In this document: piece after piece, positions 53,464-62,335 of the stretch
Numbering within the stretch: the stretch's first letter is position 1
Layout: each line of letters starts with the position of its first letter
Assembly: GCA_016933175.1 (NCBI GenBank)
Contig: JAFGBK010000070.1
Coordinates: forward strand, 101,866 to 165,865
DNA length: 64,000 bases
From: Candidatus Krumholzibacteriota bacterium
GTDB taxonomy: Bacteria > Krumholzibacteriota > Krumholzibacteriia > JACNKJ01
Direction of reading: 5' to 3'
Translations under genes and position numbers: made by a program
The notes under the pieces: model-generated
What the model was told of the DNA's origin: nothing
Databases searched by the model: none
The model's input: only the letters and a program-made list of their open reading frames with translations

Positions 53464-54609
53464 TCAGGCCTCCCGGGCCGGCGCGGCAACCGCCATGCCG
53501 CCGTCGGCAGGAAGCAGGGTGAGCTGGACGTCGGCGCCGCGGCGCGTCACGTCCGCCACGCGGAGCCCGGCCATCTCCACCGGCCCCGACCAGAAGGACC
53601 GCCCGTCGGCGGCGAAGAGCGTGGGCGCCACCACCAGCTCCCAGCGCTCCCAGAGGCCGGAGCGCAGGAAGGCGCTGATGAGGCGGCCGCCGCCCTCCAC
53701 CAGCAGGCTGCTCAGGCCCTCGCCGAGCAGCACGGGCAGGGCGACCTCCAGGACCACGCGCCCCTCGGCATCGGCCGGCAGGGGCAGCACGCGCCAGCCC
53801 CGCGCGGCGTGCTCCGCGGCGCGCGCCTCGGCGCCCTCGGGCACGAGGAGCAGGGGCTCGCGCCCCTCCCACTCCAGGTCCGCGGGGCAGCGCGGCGGGT
53901 CCGTGTCGAAGACGACGGGCCGCGGCAGGATCCCGCCCGCCTCCCAGAAGCGCAGGTCGAGGCGCGGCCGGTCCAGGCGGGCCGTCTCGGCGCCCACGGC
54001 CACGGCCGTCGCCTCGGCGCGCAGGCGGTGGGCCTCGCGCCGGCTCTCGGGGCCGGAGATCCAGCGCGAGCTGCCGTCGGCGCGGGCCAGCATGCCGTTG
54101 AGGGTGGCCGCGCACTTGAGGACCACGTAGGGCCGCCCCGCCGTCTGGTTGTGCATGTAGATCGCGTTGAGGGACGCCGCCTCGTCGGCCAGCAGGCCCG
54201 CCGTCACCGCGACGCCGGCCTGGATCAGCAGGCGGTGGCTGCGCCCCTGCTCGCAGGGATTGGGATCCTCCAGGGCGTAGACCACGCGGGCGATGCCCGC
54301 CGCGAGGATGGCCTCCGTGCAGGGCGGCGTGCGGCCGTGGCAGTGGCAGGGTTCGAGGGTGACGTAGAGGGTGGCGCCGGCGGGGTCCTCGCCGGCGGCC
54401 TGGGCGTCGGCCAGGGCCTCGCGCTCGGCGTGGGGCAGGCCGGGCCCGCGGTGCCAGCCCTCGCCCAGGCGGCGCCCGCCCTTGACCAGGACGGCCCCCA
54501 CCAGGGGATTGGGCTGGGCGGCGCGCCCCGCGCGGGCGGCCAGCGCCAGGGCCCTTTCCATCCAGCGGCGATCCGCGGCCGCGTCCGTCACCTCGTCGCC
54601 TCCCGGCAC
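53464..54609 (-). CDS. ribD: Bifunctional pyrimidine deaminase/reductase RibD
   Basis: PNPLVGAV, HAERE, YVTLEPCHCHGRTPPC, SRWISG, LLVEGG. The start may be GTG 54591. Confidence 0.95.
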   Translation of the reverse strand: MPGGDEVTDAAADRRWMERALALAARAGRAAQPNPLVGAVLVKGGRRLGEGWHRGPGLPHAEREALADAQAAGEDPAGATLYVTLEPCHCHGRTPPCTEAILAAGIARVVYALEDPNPCEQGRSHRLLIQAGVAVTAGLLADEAASLNAIYMHNQTAGRPYVVLKCAATLNGMLARADGSSRWISGPESRREAHRLRAEATAVAVGAETARLDRPRLDLRFWEAGGILPRPVVFDTDPPRCPADLEWEGREPLLLVPEGAEARAAEHAARGWRVLPLPADAEGRVVLEVALPVLLGEGLSSLLVEGGGRLISAFLRSGLWERWELVVAPTLFAADGRSFWSGPVEMAGLRVADVTRRGADVQLTLLPADGGMAVAAPAREA

Positions 54610-54620
54610 CTGCGGGCATG

Positions 54621-54639
54621 AAAAAAGCCCACACGGGCT
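54621..54639 (-). terminator. Intrinsic terminator in the riboswitch expression platform
   Basis: Minus strand AGCCC-GTGT-GGGCT followed by a U-run, just upstream of ribD. The adjacent CCGCCCCGGAG (54648-54638) is complementary to the aptamer 5' CTTCGGGGCGG and could form an antiterminator. Confidence 0.75.
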
Positions 54640-54678
54640 CCGGGGCGGACCGCGCGGCGCACGCGCGCCGCGTCGCTG

Positions 54679-54802
54679 GGCCCTCTCCCATCCGGACTGT
54701 CACCGTCGGCTCCGGAATCGCACCGGATCAGCGTCTCCGCTCGCGGGCTCGGATCCTCGGATCCTCACCGCCGGTGGGGAATCGCACCCCGCCCCGAAGG
54801 CC
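54679..54802 (-). ncRNA. FMN riboswitch (RFN element)
   Basis: Minus strand CTTCGGGGCGGGGTGCGATTCCCCACCGGCGGT...AGCCCGCGAGC...GATCCGGTGCGATTCCGGAGCCGACGGT.ACAGTCCGGATGGGAGAG matches the RFN consensus; P1 is GGCCTTC/GAGGGCC; it sits upstream of the rib operon. Confidence 0.97.
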
Positions 54803-54810
54803 AGGCCTCT

Positions 54811-54839
54811 ATTAAACCGCCGCGGCGGTCCCCTGTCAA
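54811..54839 (-). promoter_or_regulatory. Sigma70-type promoter of the riboswitch/rib operon
   Basis: Minus strand TTGACA (54839-54834), 17-nt spacer, TTTAAT (54816-54811), ending about 8 nt before the aptamer. Confidence 0.8.
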
Positions 54840-54964
54840 GGCGCCGCCGGGCCGCGGCGCTGGCCGGCGGCGGAACGGCGCGGCGTCCGCCCGCATCGCC
54901 GCTTGCGCCCGCGTCCCTCATCGGGCATCGTTGGCCGCGCGCCGGGCAGGCCGCGGGAGGTGCC

Positions 54965-56101
54965 ATGGCAACGACGCGACGCAAGGCGGACGGCAGCCCG
55001 GTCCGCGCCCTGGGCCTCTTCTCGGGCGGGCTGGACAGCATGTTGGCGGCCTGGCTCCTGGCGCGGCAGGGCGTCGAGGTGGTGGCGCTCTACGCGGCCA
55101 CCGGCTTCGGAGCCGCCGAGCAGCAGCGGGCCCTGGCCGCCCTGGACGCTGGCGAGCCCTTCCCGCCGCCGCCGTCGGCGCCCGCGGCCGTGCGCCGGGC
55201 GGCGTCGGAGCTGGGTCTGCCGCTGCGCGTCCTGGACCTGGGCGAAGCCGTCCTGGATCTCGTCCTGGATCCCCCCCACGGCTGGGGGGCCAACCTCAAT
55301 CCCTGCCTCGACTGCCACGGCGCCATGCTGCGCGCCGCGGCCGCGCGCCTGCCCGTCGAGGGCGCCGACTTCGTGTTCACGGGGGAAGTGCTGGGCCAGC
55401 GGCCCATGAGTCAGCACGGGCGCGGCCTCGCGCTCGTGGCCGAGATCGCCGGCCTGTCCGGCCGTCTGCTGCGGCCCCTGTCGGCGCGCCGGCTGCCGCC
55501 CACGGATGCCGAGATCCGGGGCTGGGTGGACCGCGAGGGCCTGCTGGACATCCAGGGCCGCAGCCGCCAGGAGCAGCTGCGCCTGGCGCGGGAGGCGGGC
55601 CTGGAAGACTTCGCCGCGCCGGCCGGAGGCTGCCTGCTCACCGAGCCCGTGTACGCCTCGCGCCTCTGGGACTGGATCCGCCACGCCCCCGCCGGGCGCC
55701 GGCCGGGCGCGGCCGAGCGCCTGCTCCTGCGCCTGGGCCGCCACTTCCGCGTGGACCCGGCGCACAAGCTCGTGGTGGGACGCCGCGAGGACGAGAACCG
55801 CCTGCTGGCCCGCCTGCGGCCGGCGGCCCTGCGCCTCGAGGCGCGGGACCACGCCGGCCCGCTGGCCCTGGTGGAGCGCGCCGACGGCGCCGCGGCCTGG
55901 CCCGCCGACGCGGCGCTGGCCGCCATGGCCGCCGCCGTCGCCCGCTACGGCAAGGGACGCGCGGAGGCGCGCGTGGTGGTGATCGCGCAGCTGGCGGACG
56001 CGACGCGGGAGCTGGACGTGGCGCCCCTGGCCGGCGACGCGGCCCTCGCGTCCTGGCGAATCCCCGAGCGCTTCGATCCCTACCGATCCGCCGGGCGGTA
56101 G
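54965..56101 (+). CDS. PP-loop tRNA thiolase-like protein (MnmA/ThiI-related) with C-terminal DUF814/NFACT-R-like domain
   Basis: ATG 54965 with GGGAGG SD; LFSGGLDS PP-loop, NPCLDCH, TGEVLGQRPMSQ, LLRPLSA, PAGGCLLT, LGRHFR...VVGRREDEN. Confidence 0.85.
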   Translation: MATTRRKADGSPVRALGLFSGGLDSMLAAWLLARQGVEVVALYAATGFGAAEQQRALAALDAGEPFPPPPSAPAAVRRAASELGLPLRVLDLGEAVLDLVLDPPHGWGANLNPCLDCHGAMLRAAAARLPVEGADFVFTGEVLGQRPMSQHGRGLALVAEIAGLSGRLLRPLSARRLPPTDAEIRGWVDREGLLDIQGRSRQEQLRLAREAGLEDFAAPAGGCLLTEPVYASRLWDWIRHAPAGRRPGAAERLLLRLGRHFRVDPAHKLVVGRREDENRLLARLRPAALRLEARDHAGPLALVERADGAAAWPADAALAAMAAAVARYGKGRAEARVVVIAQLADATRELDVAPLAGDAALASWRIPERFDPYRSAGR

Positions 56102-57801
56102 CCCGTGTTGGCGAGGAACTCCCGGTAGGCACGCGCGGCAGGTCCGGGAATGGACTCGGCGTCCGCCCGGGCCCGTAGCGCCGCCAGCAGCTCGTCCAGG
56201 CCGGCGCGGTCGCCCGCCTGCAGGGCCACCAGGGCGCGGTCGTAGAGCAGGTCCGCGTCCCCGGGATGGCGCGCGAGCAGGGCGTCCACCTCCCGCGCGG
56301 CGCTCCGGTAGGCGTGGTACCGGTAGTACAGGCGCGCCAGGGCGTGGCGCCCCGCCTCGCCCTGGCCGAGCCAGTCCATGTTGCCGGCGCCGAAGGTCCA
56401 GTACCAGCGCCAGCGGTCCCAGTCCTCGATCTCCTCGACGGATGCCGGGAAGCGCACCTCCTCGATGCGCGGGAAGAAGACGCGCAGGGCCTCGCCGCCG
56501 CGCAGGGCGGCGGCCACGGGCAGGAACTGCACGCGCCGCGCGCCCTCCGGCGAGCGCAGGCCCTCGGCCAGATCCACGGCGCCGCCCGGGAAGGGCGTGA
56601 GGACGGCCACGCGCCCACGCGGCGCCTCGTCGGCGGCGCGGAGCGTCTCGACCGCCGTCCGGGCGAGGTCGCCATAGCGCAGGACGGGATCCAGGCGGAG
56701 CTGGTCCGAGAGGACGGCCCCGCGCCGGGAGGCGCCCTGCCAGGCCGCCAGCACCATGACGGCGGCCACGGCCGCCCAGGCGAGCCAGGCCCGCCGGGCC
56801 GGCAGGCGGTCCAGGCCCGCGGCCGCCAGCAGCCACAGGGGGACCAGGGGCAGGTAGAGGTAGTAGAGGTAGCTGTGGCGGACCAGGGGCAGCACGGGCA
56901 GCAGCAGGGCGAAGAAGAGCAGGCCCGCCCGGCCGATGGCCCGCGCCCAGTCCCGTCGCCGCCAGGCCGCGAGGCCCAGCAGGGCCGGCAGGACCAGGCC
57001 CCAGGCCCAGAGCTGGGGCTGGTACTCGGGCACGCGGTCCGGGAACCAGTCCCAGGGCCGGACCAGCCAGGCCAGGTAGGTCAGCAGGTTCCACAGGAGG
57101 TTCGCGCCGTAGGCCGTGGCGTAGGGATCGCCGGCGGGCCGCGCGCGCAAAGCGCCGGCCAGGACCAGCAGGGGCACGCCCACGGCCAGTCCGAGCAGGG
57201 CCAGGCGCAGGCGCCGCCGCCGCGCCGCGCGCACGTTCAGGGCCGGCGGTGCCGGCAGCGTCAAGGCCAGCACCGGCAGGGCCAGGACGGCCGACTCCTT
57301 GGCGAGCAGGGCCAGGGCGTAGAGGACCAGGGCGGCCGCGTCCCAGCGCGGCCGGCCGCGCAGGAGGGACAGTGCCGCCAGCAGGACCAGGCAGGCGACG
57401 GCCACCTCCTGGACGCCGCTGATCCAGTGCAGGCAGGTGAAGGCCGCCGGCGCCGCCGCGAAGAGGATGGCGGCGATCTCCGCGCCGCGCCGCGTCAGGC
57501 CCAGCCCGCGCGCCAGGCGCCAGACGAGCAGGGCGCTGAGCCAGTGCACGGCGAGGATGACCGCGTGGTAGGGCAGCGGATTCGCGCCGAAGAGCCGCCA
57601 GCAGGCGCTGAAGAACAGGCGCACGGACAGCAGGCGGCGCATGCCCGCCGGCCAGTCCGCGTGCCCGTCGGCGGCGAGCAGGAAGAGCAGATCGTCGGTG
57701 CTGAAGAAGGTCCGCAGGGCGGGCCACCAGAGCGCGACCACGAGGACGAGCAGGAACAGGGGCAGGGCGAGGGTGCGGCGGCGCTCGCCGACGTCGGCCA
57801 T
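56080..57801 (-). CDS. Polytopic membrane protein, GT-C-like, with C-terminal TPR-like helices
   Basis: FFSTDDLLFL after TM1, LFGANPLPYH, LLAKESAVL, YYLYLP (PMT/TMTC-like pattern); C-terminal HPGDADLLYDRALV. Confidence 0.68.
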   Translation of the reverse strand: MADVGERRRTLALPLFLLVLVVALWWPALRTFFSTDDLLFLLAADGHADWPAGMRRLLSVRLFFSACWRLFGANPLPYHAVILAVHWLSALLVWRLARGLGLTRRGAEIAAILFAAAPAAFTCLHWISGVQEVAVACLVLLAALSLLRGRPRWDAAALVLYALALLAKESAVLALPVLALTLPAPPALNVRAARRRRLRLALLGLAVGVPLLVLAGALRARPAGDPYATAYGANLLWNLLTYLAWLVRPWDWFPDRVPEYQPQLWAWGLVLPALLGLAAWRRRDWARAIGRAGLLFFALLLPVLPLVRHSYLYYLYLPLVPLWLLAAAGLDRLPARRAWLAWAAVAAVMVLAAWQGASRRGAVLSDQLRLDPVLRYGDLARTAVETLRAADEAPRGRVAVLTPFPGGAVDLAEGLRSPEGARRVQFLPVAAALRGGEALRVFFPRIEEVRFPASVEEIEDWDRWRWYWTFGAGNMDWLGQGEAGRHALARLYYRYHAYRSAAREVDALLARHPGDADLLYDRALVALQAGDRAGLDELLAALRARADAESIPGPAARAYREFLANTGYRPADR

Positions 57802-57804
57802 GGA

Positions 57805-58725
57805 CTACTCCCGCGCCAGGAGGGCGTCCACGAACGCGTCGGGCTGGAAGGGCTCCAGGTCGTCGAGCCCCTCGCCCAGGCCCACCCAGCGCACGGGGAT
57901 GCCCAGCTCGCGCCCGATGGCGAAGACCACGCCGCCGCGGGCCGTGCCGTCCAGTTTGGCCAGGACGATGCCCGTCACCGCGGTGGCCTCCTTGAAGACG
58001 CGGGACTGCTGGATGGCGTTCTGGCCCGTGTTGGCGTCCAGCACCAGGAGGACCGCGTGGGGTGCCCCGGCCACCTCGCGGCCGGCGACCTTGCGCAGCT
58101 TGGCCAGCTCGCGCATCAGGTGCTCCTTGTTGTGCAGGCGGCCGGCCGTGTCGACGATCACGGCGCCGGCGCCGCGCGCCCGCGCGGCCTGCAGGGCGTC
58201 GAACAGCACGGCGGCCGGGTCGGCGCCGGGCTGGTGGCGCACCATGTCGCAGCCCAGGCGGTCGGCCCAGACGCCCAGCTGCTCGCTGGCCGCGGCCCGG
58301 AAGGTGTCGGCGGCGGCCAGCAGGACGCGCCGCCCCGCGCGCTGCTCATGGCGGGCCAGCTTGGCCGCGGTGGTGGTCTTGCCCACGCCGTTGACTCCCA
58401 CGACGAGGGTCACGGTGAGGTCGCCGGCCGGCGGCGGCGGCGCCGGCAGCGCGGCCAGTTCCGCGGCCAGCAGCTCGCGAAGGATGCCGAGGACGCCCGC
58501 CAGGTCGTCGCCGGCCACGCGGGCGGCGGGCAGGCGCTCCCGGACGGCCGCGACCAGCTCCAGGCTCAGATCCACGCCCAGGTCCGCCTCGATGAGCAGC
58601 TCCTCCAGCCGCGCGAAGATCTCCGGCGCGAGCTCCTCGCGGCCGGTGAAGAGCTCGCCCATGCGGCCCACCAGACCGCGGCGCGTCTTGGCCAGACCCT
58701 CGCGCAGGCGCGACAGCGTCTTCAC
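57805..58725 (-). CDS. ftsY: Signal recognition particle receptor FtsY (short form, no acidic domain)
   Basis: LEELLIEADLG, GVNGVGKTTT, AADTFRAAA, DTAGRL, DANTGQN, KLDGTARGG, GLGE..DDL.PF. GTG 58725 overlaps the smc stop. Confidence 0.96.
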   Translation of the reverse strand: MKTLSRLREGLAKTRRGLVGRMGELFTGREELAPEIFARLEELLIEADLGVDLSLELVAAVRERLPAARVAGDDLAGVLGILRELLAAELAALPAPPPPAGDLTVTLVVGVNGVGKTTTAAKLARHEQRAGRRVLLAAADTFRAAASEQLGVWADRLGCDMVRHQPGADPAAVLFDALQAARARGAGAVIVDTAGRLHNKEHLMRELAKLRKVAGREVAGAPHAVLLVLDANTGQNAIQQSRVFKEATAVTGIVLAKLDGTARGGVVFAIGRELGIPVRWVGLGEGLDDLEPFQPDAFVDALLARE

Positions 58726-61700
58726 GCCGCGCCGCCCGAGGCCGCGGCCGCCGCCTCCAGGTCGTCCGGCACGTCCGCGAAGGCCACGCTGACGATCTTG
58801 GAGACGCCGCTCTCCTCCATGGTGACGCCATAGAGGTGGCCCGCCACCTCCATGGTCCGCTTGTTGTGGGTGATGAGGATGAACTGCGTCCGCGCGGAGA
58901 ACTCCCGCACCATGCGCAGGAAGCGCGCGATGTTGGCGTCGTCCAGGGGCGCGTCCACCTCGTCGAAGACGCAGAAGGGGCTGGGCTTGCTCAGGTAGAC
59001 GGCGAACAGCAGGCTCAGGGCCGTCAGGGTCTTCTCGCCCGTGGACAGCAGCTGCACGCTGCTGATGTTCTTCTCGCGCGGCTTGGCCGTGATGACGATC
59101 TCCGCCTGCAGCGGATCCTCGTCCGTGGAGAAGGCCAGGTCCGCCTCGCCCCCCTCGAAGAGGGTCGTGAAGATCGCGATGAAGTTCTTGCGGATGACGC
59201 GGAAGCTCTCGTTGAAGCGCTGGCGCGCCTCCTGGTTGATGCGCTGGATGGTCTCCAGCAGGCCGGCGCGGGCCTTGTCCAGGTCCTCCTTCTGGGCCAG
59301 CAGGAACTGGTAGCGCTCGTTCTTCTCCTCGTACTCCTCGAGGGCCAGCAGGTTGACGGTGCCCAGGCGGGCGATCCGCTTCTGGAGCGACGCGACGCGC
59401 TCCTCCACGCTCACGCCCTCCGGCGGCCGCCAGTCGCCGGACGCCTCCGGATCGGCGGCCGGGTCCAGGTCGGCGCCGTAGCTCTCGCGGACGCGCTCGC
59501 GCAGATCCTCCTGCTTGACGCGCAGGGTGTTGCGCTCCATCTCGATCTCGTGGCGGGCGCGGTCCTGCTCGCGCTGCTCGCCCTGCAGCCGGCGCACCTC
59601 GCCCTGCAGCTCCTGCACCCGCTCGCGGCGGGTCTGGATATCGTCGAGCAGGGCCCGCGCCTCGGCGCGGCCGGCCTCCAGGGCGACCTGGCGCTCGGCG
59701 AGGACGCCGCGCAGCTCCCCTCCCCGCGCGCGCAGGGCCTCGGTCTGCTGGCGGCAGGCGGCGGCGCCCTCCTCGCTCTTCTGGCGGCGCGACCACTGCC
59801 CGGCCCGCGTGCGTTCCAGGTTCTCCTCGCGCAGGGCCAGGTTCTCCAGTCGGCCCTTGGCCGCGGCCAGCTCCAGGCGCTTCTCGCCGAGGCGGGTCCG
59901 CAGGCTCTCGCGCTCGCGCTCCCGGTCGGCCACCTCGACCTCGAGGGCGGCCAGATCCAGGTCCTCGCGGGGCGTCTGATCGGAGAGCCGCGCCAGCTCG
60001 GACTCGGCGGCGGCCAGGGCCTGCCGCAGGGAGTCGGCCTGGCGCTCCAGGTAGAGCCGCTCGGCCGCCAGGGCCTCGCCCTCCTCGGCCAGGCGGGCGT
60101 GGCGGGCCTCGAGGCGGCCGCGCTCCAGCGTGCGCTCCTGCAGCTCGCGCCGGCGCTCGGCCAGGGCGTCCTCCAGGCCGGCCAGGCGGGCCGCCGCCGC
60201 GTCGCGCTCGACGGCGCGGGCGTCCCGCTCCTCCCGGCGCCGCGCCTCCTCGGGGGCCAGGTCGGCCAGCTCCCGCCCGAGGGCGGCGATCTCCTCCCCG
60301 CGGCCCAGAGCGCCGCTCTCGGCGCCGGCGCTGCCGCCGGCCATCAGGCCGCCGGCGGCGAAGAGGGTGCCCGCGGCGGTGACGGCGCGCAGGCGTCCGG
60401 CGGGATCGGCGGCCACCGCCCGCCGGGCGGCGGCGGCGTCGGGCGCCAGGTAGCAGCCGGCCAGGAGCCGCTGCAGGGCCGGGCGCAGGTCCTCCCCGAC
60501 GTCCACCAGATCGGCGAGGGGCCGGAAGCCCGCGGGAGCCGGCCCGGCTGGCGAGGCCGCGTCCCGGGCGTCGGCCAGGGCCACCAGCAGCGCCCGGCCG
60601 CGCTCCTCGCGCCGCAGCTCATCCAGCCAGTCCAGGCCGGGCCCGGCCTCGTCCAGGACGAGGGCGTCCAGGGCCCGGTCGAGGGCAGCGGCCACGGCCT
60701 CGCGATGCTCGGGCGCGACGCGCAGGCGCTCGCCCAGGCTGCCCCGCAGTCCGGCCGTGCCCGCCTTGGCCTCGAGCAGCCAGCGCGTGCCCTCGGACAG
60801 GCCCGCACCCTCGCGCTGAAGGCGCTCGAGCAGCTCCAGACGGGCGGCCGCGGTTTCGCGGCGCAGGGCCAGGCCCTGGAGGGCCTCGGCGAGCAAGCCG
60901 GCCGCCGCCGCCGCCGCATCCCGGGCCGCCGTCGTGGACGCGCGCTCCGACTCGGCGGCGGCGAGGGCCTCGCGCGCGGCGTCCTCGCGTTCGCTCAGGG
61001 CGGCGAGGTGATCCGCCACCTCGCGGTCCTGCTCGCCCAGGCGCGCCCGCTCCGCGTCCAGCTCGTCCAGGCGCGCCGCGGCCTGGCGGCGCCGCTCGCG
61101 CAGGCGCTCCACCTCGCCGCCCGCCTCGGCCCGGCTGCGGGCGAAGTCCAGGTGGAGCTGCTTCTCGCGCTGCAAGAGGGCGCGGCGCTCCTGGTAGCGC
61201 GCCTCGGCGTCCCGGCTCTCCCGCTCCAGCGAGGCGAGCTCGGTCGCCAGCGCCTCGCGCCGCGCCGCCAGTTCGGACCGCTCGGCCTGCAGGCTCTCGC
61301 GCTCCTCGGCCAGGCGCTCGAGGGCGTCGGCCGCCGCGCGCGCGTCCTGGGCCAGGTTCTCGGCCTGGCGCTCCTCGGTTCGGGCCTTCTCGTCCAGGAC
61401 GGCCAGCTCCTCCTCGCGCTTGCGGTAGTCCAGGGCCTCGGTCTCGAGGCGGTCCCGCGCCGCCTGGTGCTCGCCCTCGCGCTCGAGCAGCTCGGCCTGG
61501 CGGCGGGCGGCCTCCTCCTCGCGGCGAGCGATGCGCCCCTCGCCGGCGCGGGCGGCGTCGCCCAGACCCTCCAGGCGCTGGGCGAGATCACGGTCCTGCC
61601 GCCAGTAGCCGTGCAGGAGGACCGCGGCGCGGTGCCGCTCGGCGGCGTGCAGCTCATGCTGGAGGCGCTGGTAGCTGCGCGCCCGGCCCATCTGGTACTT

Positions 61701-62315
61701 GAGGGAGCGCACGCTGCGGCCCAGCTCCTCGAGGATGTCGCTCAGGCGCGTGAGGTCGGCCTCCGTCGCCGCCAGCTTGGACAGGCTCTCCTTGCGGCGC
61801 AGCTTGTACTTCATGACGCCGCTGGCCTCCTCGAACAGGAGGCGCCGCTTCTCGCCGGCGTCGCTGAGGACCTCCTCCACCATGTCCCGCTCGATGACGG
61901 CGTAGGCGTGGTTGCCCAGCCCCGTGCCGGCCAGCAGGTCGCGGATCTCGTGCAGGCGGTAGGGCTGCCCGTTGAGGAAGTAGTCGCTGCCCCCGCTGCG
62001 CGTCACGCGCCGCTTGATGGTGATCTCGTCCCATTCCACGGGCAGGGTCTCGCTGGCGCCCGAGAAGGTGACGGCCACCTCGGCGAAGCCCATGGGCGCC
62101 CGGTTCTTGGTGCCGTCGAAGATGACGTTCTCCATCTTCGACCCGCGCAGGAGCTTCGGGCTCTGGGCGCCGAGCACCCAGCGCAGGGCATCGACGATGT
62201 TGGACTTGCCGCAGCCGTTGGGTCCGAGGACGGCGGTGATGCCCTCCTCGAAGCGCAGCTCGACCTTGGTCATGAAGGACTTGAAGCCGAGCATCTCCAG
62301 CCTGGTCAGGCGCAC
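58722..62315 (-). CDS. smc: Chromosome segregation protein SMC
   Basis: GTG 62315; GFKSF, GPNGCGKSNIVDA (Walker A), FEEASG, long coiled coils with a central hinge, LGTVNLLA, PFCVFDEVDAPLDDAN (Walker B), QFILITH; 1197 aa. Confidence 0.96.
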   Translation of the reverse strand: MRLTRLEMLGFKSFMTKVELRFEEGITAVLGPNGCGKSNIVDALRWVLGAQSPKLLRGSKMENVIFDGTKNRAPMGFAEVAVTFSGASETLPVEWDEITIKRRVTRSGGSDYFLNGQPYRLHEIRDLLAGTGLGNHAYAVIERDMVEEVLSDAGEKRRLLFEEASGVMKYKLRRKESLSKLAATEADLTRLSDILEELGRSVRSLKYQMGRARSYQRLQHELHAAERHRAAVLLHGYWRQDRDLAQRLEGLGDAARAGEGRIARREEEAARRQAELLEREGEHQAARDRLETEALDYRKREEELAVLDEKARTEERQAENLAQDARAAADALERLAEERESLQAERSELAARREALATELASLERESRDAEARYQERRALLQREKQLHLDFARSRAEAGGEVERLRERRRQAAARLDELDAERARLGEQDREVADHLAALSEREDAAREALAAAESERASTTAARDAAAAAAGLLAEALQGLALRRETAAARLELLERLQREGAGLSEGTRWLLEAKAGTAGLRGSLGERLRVAPEHREAVAAALDRALDALVLDEAGPGLDWLDELRREERGRALLVALADARDAASPAGPAPAGFRPLADLVDVGEDLRPALQRLLAGCYLAPDAAAARRAVAADPAGRLRAVTAAGTLFAAGGLMAGGSAGAESGALGRGEEIAALGRELADLAPEEARRREERDARAVERDAAAARLAGLEDALAERRRELQERTLERGRLEARHARLAEEGEALAAERLYLERQADSLRQALAAAESELARLSDQTPREDLDLAALEVEVADRERERESLRTRLGEKRLELAAAKGRLENLALREENLERTRAGQWSRRQKSEEGAAACRQQTEALRARGGELRGVLAERQVALEAGRAEARALLDDIQTRRERVQELQGEVRRLQGEQREQDRARHEIEMERNTLRVKQEDLRERVRESYGADLDPAADPEASGDWRPPEGVSVEERVASLQKRIARLGTVNLLALEEYEEKNERYQFLLAQKEDLDKARAGLLETIQRINQEARQRFNESFRVIRKNFIAIFTTLFEGGEADLAFSTDEDPLQAEIVITAKPREKNISSVQLLSTGEKTLTALSLLFAVYLSKPSPFCVFDEVDAPLDDANIARFLRMVREFSARTQFILITHNKRTMEVAGHLYGVTMEESGVSKIVSVAFADVPDDLEAAAAASGGAA

Positions 62316-62335
62316 GGTGTCTCTCCTCTCGCTGT

